Of a stretch of DNA of 64,000 nt, positions 35,091-50,199 are shown in pieces; positions within the stretch are counted from its first letter, which is position 1; every line of letters begins with the position of its first letter. Under the pieces are notes generated by a model. That model was not told the DNA's origin and made no database searches. It saw only the letters and a program-made list of their open reading frames with translations. Origin of the DNA: Eledone cirrhosa (taxonomy: Eukaryota). Both the position numbers and the translations under genes were made by a program. The stretch covers positions 53,506,001-53,570,000 of the forward strand of contig OZ024747.1 in assembly GCA_964016885.1 (NCBI GenBank). Reading direction: 5' to 3'.

Positions 35091-38000
35091 ATAGTGAAAT
35101 ATTGTTGATACCAGATTACTGGGATGGAGGGATATAATGAAATATTGTTGATACCAGAATACTGTGGTGGGATATAGTGAAATATTGTTGATACCAGATT
35201 ACTGTGGTGGGATATAGTGAAATATTGTTGATACCAGATTACTGTGGTGGGATATAGTGAAATATTGTTGATACCAGATTACTGTGGTGGGATATAGTGA
35301 AATATTGTTAATACCAGATTACTGTGGTGGGATATAGTGAAATATTGTTGATACCAGAATACTGTGGTGGCATATAGTGAAATATTGTTAATACCAGATT
35401 ACTGTGGTGGGATATAGTGAAATATTGTTGATACCAGATTACTGTGGTGGGATATAGTGAAATATTGTTAATACCAGATTACTGTGGTGGGATATAGTGA
35501 AATATTGTTGATACCAGAATACTGTGGTGGGATATAGTGAAATATTGTTAATACCAGATTAATGTGGTGGGATAGAGTGAAATATTGTTAATACCAGATT
35601 ACTGTGGTGGGATATAGTGAAATATTGTTAATACCAGATTACTGTGGTGGGATATAGTGAAATATTGTTGATACCAGAATACTGTGGTGGGATATAGTGA
35701 AATATTGTTGATACCAGAATACTGTGGTGGGATATAGTGAAATATTGTTGATACCAGATTACTGTGGTGGGATATAGTGAAATATTGTTGATACCAGAAT
35801 ACTGTGGTGGGATATAGTGAAATATTGTTGATACCAGAATACTGTGGTGGGATATAGTGAAATATTGTTGATACCAGAATACTGTGGTGGGATATAGTGA
35901 AATATAGTTGATACCAGAATACTGTGGTGGGATATAGTGAAATATTGTTGATACCAGATGACTGTGGTGGGATATAGTGAAATATTGTTGATACCAGAAT
36001 ACTGTGGTGGGATATAGTGAAATATTGTTGATACCAGAATACTGTGGTGGGATATAGTGAAATATTGTTGATACCAGAATACTGTGGTGGGATATAGTGA
36101 AATATAGTTGATACCAGAATACTGTGGTGGGATATAGTGAAATATTGTTGATACCAGATGACTGTGGTGGGATATAGTGAAATATTGTTGATACCAGATT
36201 ACTGTGGTGGGATATAGTGAAATATTGTTGATACCAGATTACTGTGGTGGGATATAGTGAAATATTGTTGATACCAGAATACTGTGGTGGGATATAGTGA
36301 AATATTGTTGATACCAGAATACTGGGGTGGGATATAGTGAAATATTGTTGATACCAGATGACTGTGGTGGGATATAGTGAAATATTGTTGATACCAGATT
36401 ACTGTGGTGGGATATAGTGAAATATTGTTGATACCAGATTACTGTGGTGGGATATAGTGAAATATTGTTGATACCAGATTACTGTGGTGGGATATAGTGA
36501 AATATAGTTGATACCAGAATACTGTGGTGGGATATAGTGAAATATTGTTGATACCAGATGACTGTGGTGGGATATAGTGAAATATTGTTGATACCAGAAT
36601 ACTGTGGTGGGATATAGTGAAATATTGTTGATACCAGAATACTGTGGTGGGATATAGTGAAATATTGTTGATACCAGAATACTGTGGTGGGATATAGTGA
36701 AATATTGTTGATACCAGAATACTGTGGTGAGATATAGTGAAATATTGTTGATACCAGAATACTGTGGTGGGATATAGTGAAATATTGTTGATACCAGAAT
36801 ACTGTGGTGGGATATAGTGAAATATTGTTGATACCAGAATACTGTGGTGGGATATAGTGAAATATTGTTGATACCAGAATACTGTGGTGGGATATAGTGA
36901 AATATTGTTGATACCAGAATACTGTGGTGGGATATAGTGAAATATTGTTGATACCAGAATACTGTGGTGGGATATAGTGAAATATTGTTGATACCAGATT
37001 ACTGTGGTGGGATATAGTGAAATATTGTTGATACCAGAATACTGTGGTGGGATATAGTGAAATATTGTTGATACCAGATTACTGTGGTGGGATATAGTGA
37101 AATATTGTTGATACCAGATTACTGTGGTGGGATATAGTGAAATATTGTTGATACCAGAATACTGTGGTGGGATATAGTGAAATATTGTTGATACCAGAAT
37201 ACTGTGGTGGGATATAGTGAAATATTGTTGATACCAGAATACTGTGGTGAGATATAGTGAAATATTGTTGGTACCAGAATACTGTGGTGGGATATAGTGA
37301 AATATTGTTGATACCAGAATACTGTGGTGGGATATAGTGAAATATTGTTGATACCAGAATTCTGTGGTGGGATATAGTGAAATATTGTTAATACCAGATT
37401 ACTGTGGTGGTATATAGTGAAATATTGTTGATACCAGAATACTGTGGTGGGATATAGTGAAATATTGTTGGTACCAGATTACTGTGGTGGGATATAGTGA
37501 AATATTGTTGGTACCAGATTACTGTGGTGGGATATAGTGAAATATTGTTAATACCAGATTACTGTGGTGGGATATAGTGAAATATTGTTAACACCAGATT
37601 ACTGTGGTGGGATATAGTGAAATATTGTTGGTACCAGAATACTGTGGTGGGATATAGTGAAATATTGTTGATACCAGAATACTGTGGTGGGATATAGTGA
37701 AATATTGTTGATACCAGAATACTGTGGTGAGATATAGTGAAATATTGTTGATACCAGAATACTGTGGTGGGATATAGTGAAATATTGTTGATACCAGAAT
37801 ACTGTGGTGGGATATAGTGAAATATTGTTAATACCAGAATACTGTGGTGGGATATAGTGAAATATTGTTAATACCAGATTACTGTGGTGGTATATAGTGA
37901 AATATTGTTGATACCAGAATACTGTGGTGGGATATAGTGAAATATTGTTGGTACCAGAATACTGGGGTGGGATATAGTGAAATATTGTTGATACCAGATT

Positions 38001-41000
38001 ACTGTGGTGGGATATAGTGAAATATAGTTGATACCAGAATACTGTGGTGGGATATAGTGAAATATTGTTGATACCAGATGACTGTGGTGGGATATAGTGA
38101 AATATTGTTGATACCAGATTACTGTGGTGGGATATAGTGAAATATTGTTGATACCAGATTACTGTGGTGGGATATAGTGAAATATTGTTGATACCAGAAT
38201 ACTGTGGTGGGATATAGTGAAATATTGTTGATACCAGAATACTGTGGTGGGATATAGTGAAATATTGTTGATACCAGATGACTGTGGTGGGATATAGTGA
38301 AATATTGTTGATACCAGATTACTGTGGTGGGATATAGTGAAATATTGTTAATACCAGATTACTGTGGTGGGATATAGTGAAATATTGTTGATACCAGAAT
38401 ACTGTGGTGGGATATAGTGAAATATTGTTGATACCAGAATACTGTGGTGGGATATAGTGAAATATAGTTGATACCAGAATACTGTGGTGGGATATAGTGA
38501 AATATTGTTGATACCAGATGACTGTGGTGGGATATAGTGAAATATTGTTGATACCAGATTACTGTGGTGGGATATAGTGAAATATTGTTGATACCAGATT
38601 ACTGTGGTGGGATATAGTGAAATATTGTTGATACCAGAATACTGTGGTGGGATATAGTGAAATATTGTTGATACCAGAATACTGGGGTGGGATATAGTGA
38701 AATATTGTTGATACCAGATGACTGTGGTGGGATATAGTGAAATATTGTTGATACCAGATTACTGTGGTGGGATATAGTGAAATATTGTTGATACCAGATT
38801 ACTGTGGTGGGATATAGTGAAATATTGTTGATACCAGATTACTGTGGTGGGATATAGTGAAATATAGTTGATACCAGAATACTGTGGTGGGATATAGTGA
38901 AATATTGTTGATACCAGATGACTGTGGTGGGATATAGTGAAATATTGTTGATACCAGAATACTGTGGTGGGATATAGTGAAATATTGTTGATACCAGAAT
39001 ACTGTGGTGGGATATAGTGAAATATTGTTGATACCAGAATACTGTGGTGGGATATAGTGAAATATTGTTGATACCAGAATACTGTGGTGGGATATAGTGA
39101 AATATTGTTGATACCAGAATACTGTGGTGAGATATAGTGAAATATTGTTGATACCAGAATACTGTGGTGGGATATAGTGAAATATTGTTGATACCAGAAT
39201 ACTGTGGTGGGATATAGTGAAATATTGTTGATACCAGAATACTGTGGTGGGATATAGTGAAATATTGTTGATACCAGAATACTGTGGTGGGATATAGTGA
39301 AATATTGTTGATACCAGAATACTGTGGTGGGATATAGTGAAATATTGTTGATACCAGAATACTGTGGTGGGATATAGTGAAATATTGTTGATACCAGAAT
39401 ACTGTGGTGGGATATAGTGAAATATTGTTGATACCAGAATACTGTGGTGGGATATAGTGAAATATTGTTGATACCAGATTACTGTGGTGGGATATAGTGA
39501 AATATTGTTGATACCAGAATACTGTGGTGGGATATAGTGAAATATTGTTGATACCAGATTACTGTGGTGGGATATAGTGAAATATTGTTGATACCAGATT
39601 ACTGTGGTGGGATATAGTGAAATATTGTTGATACCAGAATACTGTGGTGGGATATAGTGAAATATTGTTGATACCAGAATACTGTGGTGGGATATAGTGA
39701 AATATTGTTGATACCAGAATACTGTGGTGAGATATAGTGAAATATTGTTGGTACCAGAATACTGTGGTGGGATATAGTGAAATATTGTTGATACCAGAAT
39801 ACTGTGGTGGGATATAGTGAAATATTGTTGATACCAGAATTCTGTGGTGGGATATAGTGAAATATTGTTAATACCAGATTACTGTGGTGGTATATAGTGA
39901 AATATTGTTGATACCAGAATACTGTGGTGGGATATAGTGAAATATTGTTGGTACCAGATTACTGTGGTGGGATATAGTGAAATATTGTTGGTACCAGATT
40001 ACTGTGGTGGGATATAGTGAAATATTGTTAATACCAGATTACTGTGGTGGGATATAGTGAAATATTGTTAACACCAGAATACTGTGGTGGGATATAGTGA
40101 AATATTGTTGGTACCAGAATACTGTGGTGGGATATAGTGAAATATTGTTGATACCAGAATACTGTGGTGGGATATAGTGAAATATTGTTGATACCAGAAT
40201 ACTGTGGTGAGATATAGTGAAATATTGTTGATACCAGAATACTGTGGTGGGATATAGTGAAATATTGTTGATACCAGAATACTGTGGTGGGATATAGTGA
40301 AATATTGTTAATACCAGAATACTGTGGTGGGATATAGTGAAATATTGTTAATACCAGATTACTGTGGTGGTATATAGTGAAATATTGTTGATACCAGAAT
40401 ACTGTGGTGGGATATAGTGAAATATTGTTGGTACCAGAATACTGGGGTGGGATATAGTGAAATATTGTTGATACCAGATTACTGTGGTGGGATATAGTGA
40501 AATATAGTTGATACCAGAATACTGTGGTGGGATATAGTGAAATATTGTTGATACCAGATGACTGTGGTGGGATATAGTGAAATATTGTTGATACCAGATT
40601 ACTGTGGTGGGATATAGTGAAATATTGTTGATACCAGATTACTGTGGTGGGATATAGTGAAATATTGTTGATACCAGAATACTGTGGTGGGATATAGTGA
40701 AATATTGTTGATACCAGAATACTGTGGTGGGATATAGTGAAATATTGTTGATACCAGATGACTGTGGTGGGATATAGTGAAATATTGTTGATACCAGATT
40801 ACTGTGGTGGGATATAGTGAAATATTGTTAATACCAGATTACTGTGGTGGGATATAGTGAAATATTGTTGATACCAGAATACTGTGGTGGGATATAGTGA
40901 AATATTGTTGATACCAGAATACTGTGGTGGGATATAGTGAAATATAGTTGATACCAGAATACTGTGGTGGGATATAGTGAAATATTGTTGATACCAGATG

Positions 41001-44000
41001 ACTGTGGTGGGATATAGTGAAATATTGTTGATACCAGATTACTGTGGTGGGATATAGTGAAATATTGTTGATACCAGATTACTGTGGTGGGATATAGTGA
41101 AATATTGTTGATACCAGAATACTGTGGTGGGATATAGTGAAATATTGTTGATACCAGAATACTGGGGTGGGATATAGTGAAATATTGTTGATACCAGATG
41201 ACTGTGGTGGGATATAGTGAAATATTGTTGATACCAGATTACTGTGGTGGGATATAGTGAAATATTGTTGATACCAGATTACTGTGGTGGGATATAGTGA
41301 AATATTGTTGATACCAGATTACTGTGGTGGGATATAGTGAAATATAGTTGATACCAGAATACTGTGGTGGGATATAGTGAAATATTGTTGATACCAGATG
41401 ACTGTGGTGGGATATAGTGAAATATTGTTGATACCAGAATACTGTGGTGGGATATAGTGAAATATTGTTGATACCAGAATACTGTGGTGGGATATAGTGA
41501 AATATTGTTGATACCAGAATACTGTGGTGGGATATAGTGAAATATTGTTGATACCAGAATACTGTGGTGGGATATAGTGAAATATTGTTGATACCAGAAT
41601 ACTGTGGTGAGATATAGTGAAATATTGTTGATACCAGAATACTGTGGTGGGATATAGTGAAATATTGTTGATACCAGAATACTGTGGTGGGATATAGTGA
41701 AATATTGTTGATACCAGAATACTGTGGTGGGATATAGTGAAATATTGTTGATACCAGAATACTGTGGTGGGATATAGTGAAATATTGTTGATACCAGAAT
41801 ACTGTGGTGGGATATAGTGAAATATTGTTGATACCAGAATACTGTGGTGGGATATAGTGAAATATTGTTGATACCAGAATACTGTGGTGGGATATAGTGA
41901 AATATTGTTGATACCAGAATACTGTGGTGGGATATAGTGAAATATTGTTGATACCAGATTACTGTGGTGGGATATAGTGAAATATTGTTGATACCAGAAT
42001 ACTGTGGTGGGATATAGTGAAATATTGTTGATACCAGATTACTGTGGTGGGATATAGTGAAATATTGTTGATACCAGATTACTGTGGTGGGATATAGTGA
42101 AATATTGTTGATACCAGAATACTGTGGTGGGATATAGTGAAATATTGTTGATACCAGAATACTGTGGTGGGATATAGTGAAATATTGTTGATACCAGAAT
42201 ACTGTGGTGAGATATAGTGAAATATTGTTGGTACCAGAATACTGTGGTGGGATATAGTGAAATATTGTTGATACCAGAATACTGTGGTGGGATATAGTGA
42301 AATATTGTTGATACCAGAATTCTGTGGTGGGATATAGTGAAATATTGTTAATACCAGATTACTGTGGTGGTATATAGTGAAATATTGTTGATACCAGAAT
42401 ACTGTGGTGGGATATAGTGAAATATTGTTGGTACCAGATTACTGTGGTGGGATATAGTGAAATATTGTTGGTACCAGATTACTGTGGTGGGATATAGTGA
42501 AATATTGTTAATACCAGATTACTGTGGTGGGATATAGTGAAATATTGTTAACACCAGAATACTGTGGTGGGATATAGTGAAATATTGTTGGTACCAGAAT
42601 ACTGTGGTGGGATATAGTGAAATATTGTTGATACCAGAATACTGTGGTGGGATATAGTGAAATATTGTTGATACCAGAATACTGTGGTGAGATATAGTGA
42701 AATATTGTTGATACCAGAATACTGTGGTGGGATATAGTGAAATATTGTTGATACCAGAATACTGTGGTGGGATATAGTGAAATATTGTTAATACCAGAAT
42801 ACTGTGGTGGGATATAGTGAAATATTGTTAATACCAGATTACTGTGGTGGTATATAGTGAAATATTGTTGATACCAGAATACTGTGGTGGGATATAGTGA
42901 AATATTGTTGGTACCAGAATACTGGGGTGGGATATAGTGAAATATTGTTGATACCAGATTACTGTGGTGGGATATAGTGAAATATTGTTGATACCAGAAT
43001 ACTGTGGTGGGATATAGTGAAATATTGTTGATACCAGGATACTGGGGTGGGATATAGTGAAATATTGTTGATACCAGAATACTGGGGTGGGATATAGTGA
43101 AATATTGTTGATACCAGATTACTGTGGTGGGATATAGTGAAATATTGTTGATACCAGAATACTGGGGTGGGATATAGTGAAATATTGATGATACCAGAAT
43201 ACTGGGGTGGGATATAGTGAAATATTGTTGATACCAGAATACTGGGGTGGGATATAGTGAAATATTGTTAATACCAGATTACTGTGGTGGGATATAGTGA
43301 ATTATTGTTGATACCAAAATACTGGGGTGGGATATAGTGAAATATTGTTGGTACCAGATTACTGTGGTGGGATATAGTGAAATATTGTTGATACCAGAAT
43401 ACTGTGGTGGGATATAGTGAAATATTTTTGATACCAGATTACTGTGGTGGGATATAGGGAAATATTGTTGATACCAGAATACTGTGGTGGGATATAGTGA
43501 AATATTGTTGATACCAGATTACTGTGGTGGGATATAGTGAAATATTGTTAATACCAGAATACTGTGGTGGGATATAATGAAATATTGTTGATACCAGAAT
43601 ACTGTGGTGGGATATAGTGAAATATTGTTGATACCAGAATACTGTGGTGGGATATAGTGAAATATTGTTGATACCAGGATACTGGGGTGGGATATAGTGA
43701 AATATTGTTGATACCAGAATACTGGGGTGGGATATAGTGAAATATTGTTGATACCAGATTACTGTGGTGGGATATAGTGAAATATTGTTGATACCAGAAT
43801 ACTGGGGTGGGATATAGTGAAATATTGATGATACCAGAATACTGGGGTGGGATATAGTGAAATATTGTTGATACCAGAATACTGGGGTGGGATATAGTGA
43901 AATATTGTTAATACCAGATTACTGTGGTGGGATATAGTGAATTATTGTTGATACCAAAATACTGGGGTGGGATATAGTGAAATATTGTTGGTACCAGATT

Positions 44001-47000
44001 ACTGTGGTGGGATATAGTGAAATATTGTTGATACCAGAATACTGTGGTGGGATATAGTGAAATATTTTTGATACCAGATTACTGTGGTGGGATATAGGGA
44101 AATATTGTTGATACCAGAATACTGTGGTGGGATATAGTGAAATATTGTTGATACCAGATTACTGTGGTGGGATATAGTGAAATATTGTTAATACCAGAAT
44201 ACTGTGGTGGGATATAATGAAATATTGTTGATACCAGAATACTGTGGTGGGATATAGTGAAATATTGTTGATACCAGAATACTGTGGTGGGATATAGTGA
44301 AATATTGTTGATACCAGATTACTGTGGTGGGATATAGTGAAATATTGTTGATACCAGAATACTGTGGTGGGATATAGTGAAATATTGTTGATACCAGAAT
44401 ACTGTGGTGGGATATAGTGAAATATTGTTGATACCAGATTACTGTGGTGGGTTATAGTGAAATATTGTTGATACCAGAATACTGTGGTGGGATATAGTGA
44501 AATATTGTTGATACCAGAATACTGTGGTGGGATAGAGTGAAATATTGTTGATACCAGAATACTGTGGTGGGATATAGTGAAATATTGTTGATACCAGATT
44601 ACTGTGGTGGGATATAGTGAAATATTGTTGATACCAGAATACTGGGGTGGGATATAGTGAAATATTGTTGATACCAGAATACTGTGGTGGGATATAGTGA
44701 AATATTGTTGATACCAGAATACTGTGGTGGGATATAGTGAAATATTGTTGATACCAGATTACTGTGGTGGGATATAGTGAAATATTGTTGATACCAGAAT
44801 ACTGTGGTGGGATATAGTGAAATATTGTTGATACCAGATTAGTGTGGTGGGATATAGTGAAATATTGTTGATACCAGAATACTGTGGTGGGATATAGTGA
44901 AATATTGTTGATACCAGATTACTGTGGTGGGATATAGTGAAATATTGTTGATACCAGAATACTGTGGTGGGATAATGTGAAATATTGTTGATACCAGATT
45001 ACTGTGGTGGGATATAGTGAAATATTGTTGATACCAGAATACTGGGGTGGGATATAGTGAAATATTGATGATACCAGAATACTGGGGTGGGATATAGTGA
45101 AATATTGTTGATACCAGAATACTGTGGTGGGATATAGTGAAATATTGTTGATACCAGATTACTGTGGTGGGTTATAGTGAAATATTGTTGATACCAGAAT
45201 ACTGTGGTGGGATATAGTGAAATATTGTTGATACCAGAATACTGTGGTGGGATAGAGTGAAATATTGTTGATACCAGAATACTGTGGTGGGATATAGTGA
45301 AATATTGTTGATACCAGATTACTGTGGTGGGATATAGTGAAATATTGTTGATACCAGAATACTGGGGTGGGATATAGTGAAATATTGTTGATACCAGAAT
45401 ACTGTGGTGGGATATAGTGAAATATTGTTGATACCAGAATACTGTGGTGGGATATAGTGAAATATTGTTGATACCAGATTACTGTGGTGGGATATAGTGA
45501 AATATTGTTGATACCAGAATACTGTGGTGGGATATAGTGAAATATTGTTGATACCAGATTAGTGTGGTGGGATATAGTGAAATATTGTTGATACCAGAAT
45601 ACTGTGGTGGGATATAGTGAAATATTGTTGATACCAGATTACTGTGGTGGGATATAGTGAAATATTGTTGATACCAGAATACTGTGGTGGGATAATGTGA
45701 AATATTGTTGATACCAGATTACTGTGGTGGGATAGAGTGAAATATTGTTGATACCAGAATACTGGGGTGGGATATAGTGAAATATTGTTGATACCAGATT
45801 ACTGTGGTGGGATATAGTGAAATATTGTTAATACCAGAATACTGGGGTGGGATATAGTGAAATATTGTTAATACCAGATTACTGTGGTGGGATATAGTGA
45901 AATATTGTTAATACCAGATTACTGTGGTGGGATATAGTAAAATATTGTTAATACCAGATTACCGTGGTGGGATATAGTGAAATATTGTTAATACCAGATT
46001 ACTGTGGTGGGATATAGTGAAATATTGTTAATACCAGATTACTTTCGTGGGATATAGTGAAATATGGTTGATACCAGATTACTGTGGTGGGATATAGTGA
46101 AATATTGTTGATACCAGAATACGGTGGTGGGATATAGTGAAATATTGTTGATACCAGAATACTGTGGTGGGATATAGTGAAATATTGTTGATACAAGATT
46201 ACTGTGGTGGGATATAGTGAAATATTGTTGATACTAGATTACTGTGGTGGGATATAGTGAAATATTGTTAATATCAGAATACTGTGGTGGGATATAGTGA
46301 AATATTGTTGACACCAGAATACTGTTGTGGGATATAGTGAAATATTGTTAATACCAGAATACTGTGGTGGGATATAGTGAAATATTGTTGATACCAGATT
46401 ACTGTGGTGGGATATAGTGAAATATTGTTGATACCAGAATACTGTGGTGGGATATAGTGAAATATTGTTGATACCAGAATACTGTGGTGGGATAGAGTGA
46501 AATATTGTTGATACCAGAATACTGTGGTGGGATAGAGTGAAATATTGTTCATACCAGAATACTGTGGTGGGATATAGTGAAATATTGTTGATACCAGAAT
46601 ACTGTGATGGGATAGAGTGAAATATTGTTGATACCAGAATACTGTGGTGGGATATAGTGAAATATTGTTGATATCAGATTACTGTGGTGGGATATAGTGA
46701 AATATTGTTAATACCAGAATACTGTGGTGGGATATAGTGAAATATTGTTGATACCAGAATACTGGGATGGGATATAGTGAAATATTGTTGATACCAGATT
46801 ACTGTGGTGGGATATAGTGAAATATTGTTAATACCAGAATACTGTGGTGGGATATAGTGAAATATTGTTGATACCAGATTACTGTGGTGGGATATAGTGA
46901 AATATTGTTGATACCAGATTACTGTGGTGGGATATAGTGAAATATTGTTGATACCAGAATACTGGGATGGGATATAGTGAAATATTGTTGATACCAGAAT

Positions 47001-48624
47001 ACTGTGGTGGGATATAGTGAAATATTGTTGATACCAGAATACGGTGGTGGGATATAGTGAAATATTGTTGATACCAGAATACTGTGGTGGGATATAGTGA
47101 AATATTGTTGATACAAGATTACTGTGGTGGGATATAGTGAAATATTGTTGATACTAGATTACTGTGGTGGGATATAGTGAAATATTGTTAATATCAGAAT
47201 ACTGTGGTGGGATATAGTGAAATATTGTTGACACCAGAATACTGTTGTGGGATATAGTGAAATATTGTTAATACCAGAATACTGTGGTGGGATATAGTGA
47301 AATATTGTTGATACCAGATTACTGTGGTGGGATATAGTGAAATATTGTTGATACCAGAATACTGTGGTGGGATATAGTGAAATATTGTTGATACCAGAAT
47401 ACTGTGGTGGGATAGAGTGAAATATTGTTGATACCAGAATACTGTGGTGGGATAGAGTGAAATATTGTTCATACCAGAATACTGTGGTGGGATATAGTGA
47501 AATATTGTTGATACCAGAATACTGTGATGGGATAGAGTGAAATATTGTTGATACCAGAATACTGTGGTGGGATATAGTGAAATATTGTTGATATCAGATT
47601 ACTGTGGTGGGATATAGTGAAATATTGTTAATACCAGAATACTGTGGTGGGATATAGTGAAATATTGTTGATACCAGAATACTGGGATGGGATATAGTGA
47701 AATATTGTTGATACCAGATTACTGTGGTGGGATATAGTGAAATATTGTTAATACCAGAATACTGTGGTGGGATATAGTGAAATATTGTTGATACCAGATT
47801 ACTGTGGTGGGATATAGTGAAATATTGTTGATACCAGATTACTGTGGTGGGATATAGTGAAATATTGTTGATACCAGAATACTGGGATGGGATATAGTGA
47901 AATATTGTTGATACCAGAATACTGTGGTGGGATATAGTGAAATATTGTTGATACCAGAATACTGGGATGGGATATAGTGAAATATTGTTGATACCAGATT
48001 ACTGTGGTGGGATATAGTTAAATATTGTTGATACCAGATTACTGTGGTGGGATATAGTAAAATATTGTTGATACCAGAATACTGTGGTGGGATATAGTGA
48101 AATATTGTTGATACCAGAATACTGTGGTGGGATATAGTGAAATATTGTTGATACCAGATTACTGTGGTGGGATATAGTGAAATATTGTTGATACCAGAAT
48201 ACTGTGGTGGGATATAGTGAAATATTGTTAATACCAGAATACTGGGATGGGATATAGTGAAATATTGTTGATACCAGATTACTGTGGTGGGATATAGTGA
48301 AATATTGTTGATACCAGAATACTGTGGTGGGATATAGTGAAATATTGTTGATACCAGAATACTGTGGTGGGATATAGTGAAATATTGTTGATACCAGAAT
48401 ACTGTGGTGGGATATAGTGAAATATTGTTAATACCAGAATACTGGGATGGGATATAGTGAAATATTGTTGATACCAGATTACTGTGGTGGGATATAGTGA
48501 AATATTGTTGATACCAGAATACTGTGGTGGGATATAGTGAAATATTGTTGATACCAGATTACTGTGGTGGGATATAGTGAAACATTGTTGATACCAGAAT
48601 ACTGGGGTGGGATATAGTGAAACA
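35086..48624. repeat. 40-bp satellite array, about 338 monomers, with higher-order repeats
   Basis: Consensus gggatatagtgaaatattgttgataccagawtactgtggt; phase conserved throughout. Confidence 0.98.
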
Positions 48625-49142
48625 TCATAGGCACCAGTTTCAAAACGAAAAGTTATAAATTTTAGAACAAAAGTGATTTTATAATGAAGATGGGATGGAA
48701 ACAGTCAGTAGGTAAATGTATGATGAAATTCAACAGAAAAATTACATAGAAGATATTTTTTATCTATATATCTTAGTTGCTTTATATGTGGGCTTTTACA
48801 ATTCTGTGAAGGCAAAGATAGTCAAGGTTATCAAATGACAACGACAACAACAACTAAAATATTAATGAATAATAAATGAATAAATAAACAAATAAAGAAA
48901 CAAATAAATAAATAAATAACAAAACCAACAACAGAAGAAACAGAGGAGTAGCAGTAAGGATTTATCACAGTTCTATGTATTACGTATATCAGTAGGTAAG
49001 TTGGCTATGTCTTATGTCAGAAAGTTTAGATGAGGGCTTATATCAACATCATTGATCAGATGGAACAGAGTTACTGTTTAATATGTATTTATGAATGTAT
49101 GTATTTATGTATGTATGTATGCATGTATGTATGTGTATGTTT

Positions 49143-49765
49143 TTAGTCCTGCAGGATGTCCAAAGTCACCCTCCTCACCAAGAAACCTTGGTGGGGTTGC
49201 CAGTTTAGTCGCCAACGAGCCGACCATGAGACAGGTTGTACTGCGATACATGTTAACAGTAGCACCAACTGGTAACCTGACAAAACCTGTCAAAGGGCTA
49301 AGGAGCTCTTAAGAGTGAATGGCCATCCAAAATCACCGGAAGAGATGACCCCTTAGCCTTTGTCAAGGCAGAATTCTAGGAGAAGGAAAACTCTGATATA
49401 ACACCTGCAACCCTCATGGTATCCAATGATGTTGAGTTGTTCTTCTTTTTGGTAAATATCATCTTGGTTAAGAGAGTGGGACTGGCTTTGTGCAGTGCCT
49501 TTGCTCACTATAAAAGCTTCACGGCACAGGCATTGCTTTATATCTGGAGATCTCTCTGCACTTGTCATCACATGGTACCATTGGCCCCAGCACTATGTGC
49601 CAGTAATTGTCACAAGTGTAGTGTTTGTACCAGAGTTTTCAAGTCGCTGGCTGGACTAAAAAGTCACACTCATTCAGCGCATCGGTAGGGGTTCTCCTAC
49701 ATGGATATAAAGTAGTGGCCGTACTCGAAAACGAGTTGGCAGCCACCATGTATGTGTATGTATGC
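49143..49765 (+). mobile_element. Bipartite non-autonomous RTE derivative (5' UTR fused to C-terminal zinc-finger end)
   Basis: RTE-type UTR motif ctaggagaaggaaaactctgat followed closely by CSVCTRVFKSLAGLKSHTHSAHR* and a (tatg)n tail; (tatg)n also upstream. Confidence 0.55.
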
Positions 49766-49784
49766 ATTCTGGTTTTATTATTTC

Positions 49785-49962
49785 TGGCAGTATCTGTAGA
49801 GAGTCAGACGCCATGCTTTCCAGCATAGTTACGTCCCTTTACAGTCTGAGTTCAAATCCCGCCGAGGTTAACTTTGCCTTTCATCCTTACGGGGTCGATA
49901 AAATAAAGTACCAGTAATGTACTGGGTAATTGCTGGCCTTGTGCCAAAAGTAGAAACAATTA
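49785..49962 (+). mobile_element. SINE family 1
   Basis: Full consensus match. Confidence 0.85.
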
Positions 49963-50199
49963 TTTCACAAACTTTTACCAATAGAGAGAGAATCAGTTTC
50001 GAACATAGATACAAGTCTCTCTCATTGGAATTTACACATCATCAACTAGGTAGATATGTATGTCTGCATGCATGCATATGTGCAGGTAGGGATGTTATTG
50101 TATGTGTTGAGGTGTATGCTTTGAGTTATATGTGTACATGTGCATATGCTTTGTATCCATACATGCGTAGATGGAGTTATTAGATGCAGAATTTTCGGA

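Noticed and set aside
35086-48624. CRISPR-like regularly spaced repeats
   Set aside because: Monomers are contiguous with no unique spacers and no cas genes; this is a eukaryotic satellite.
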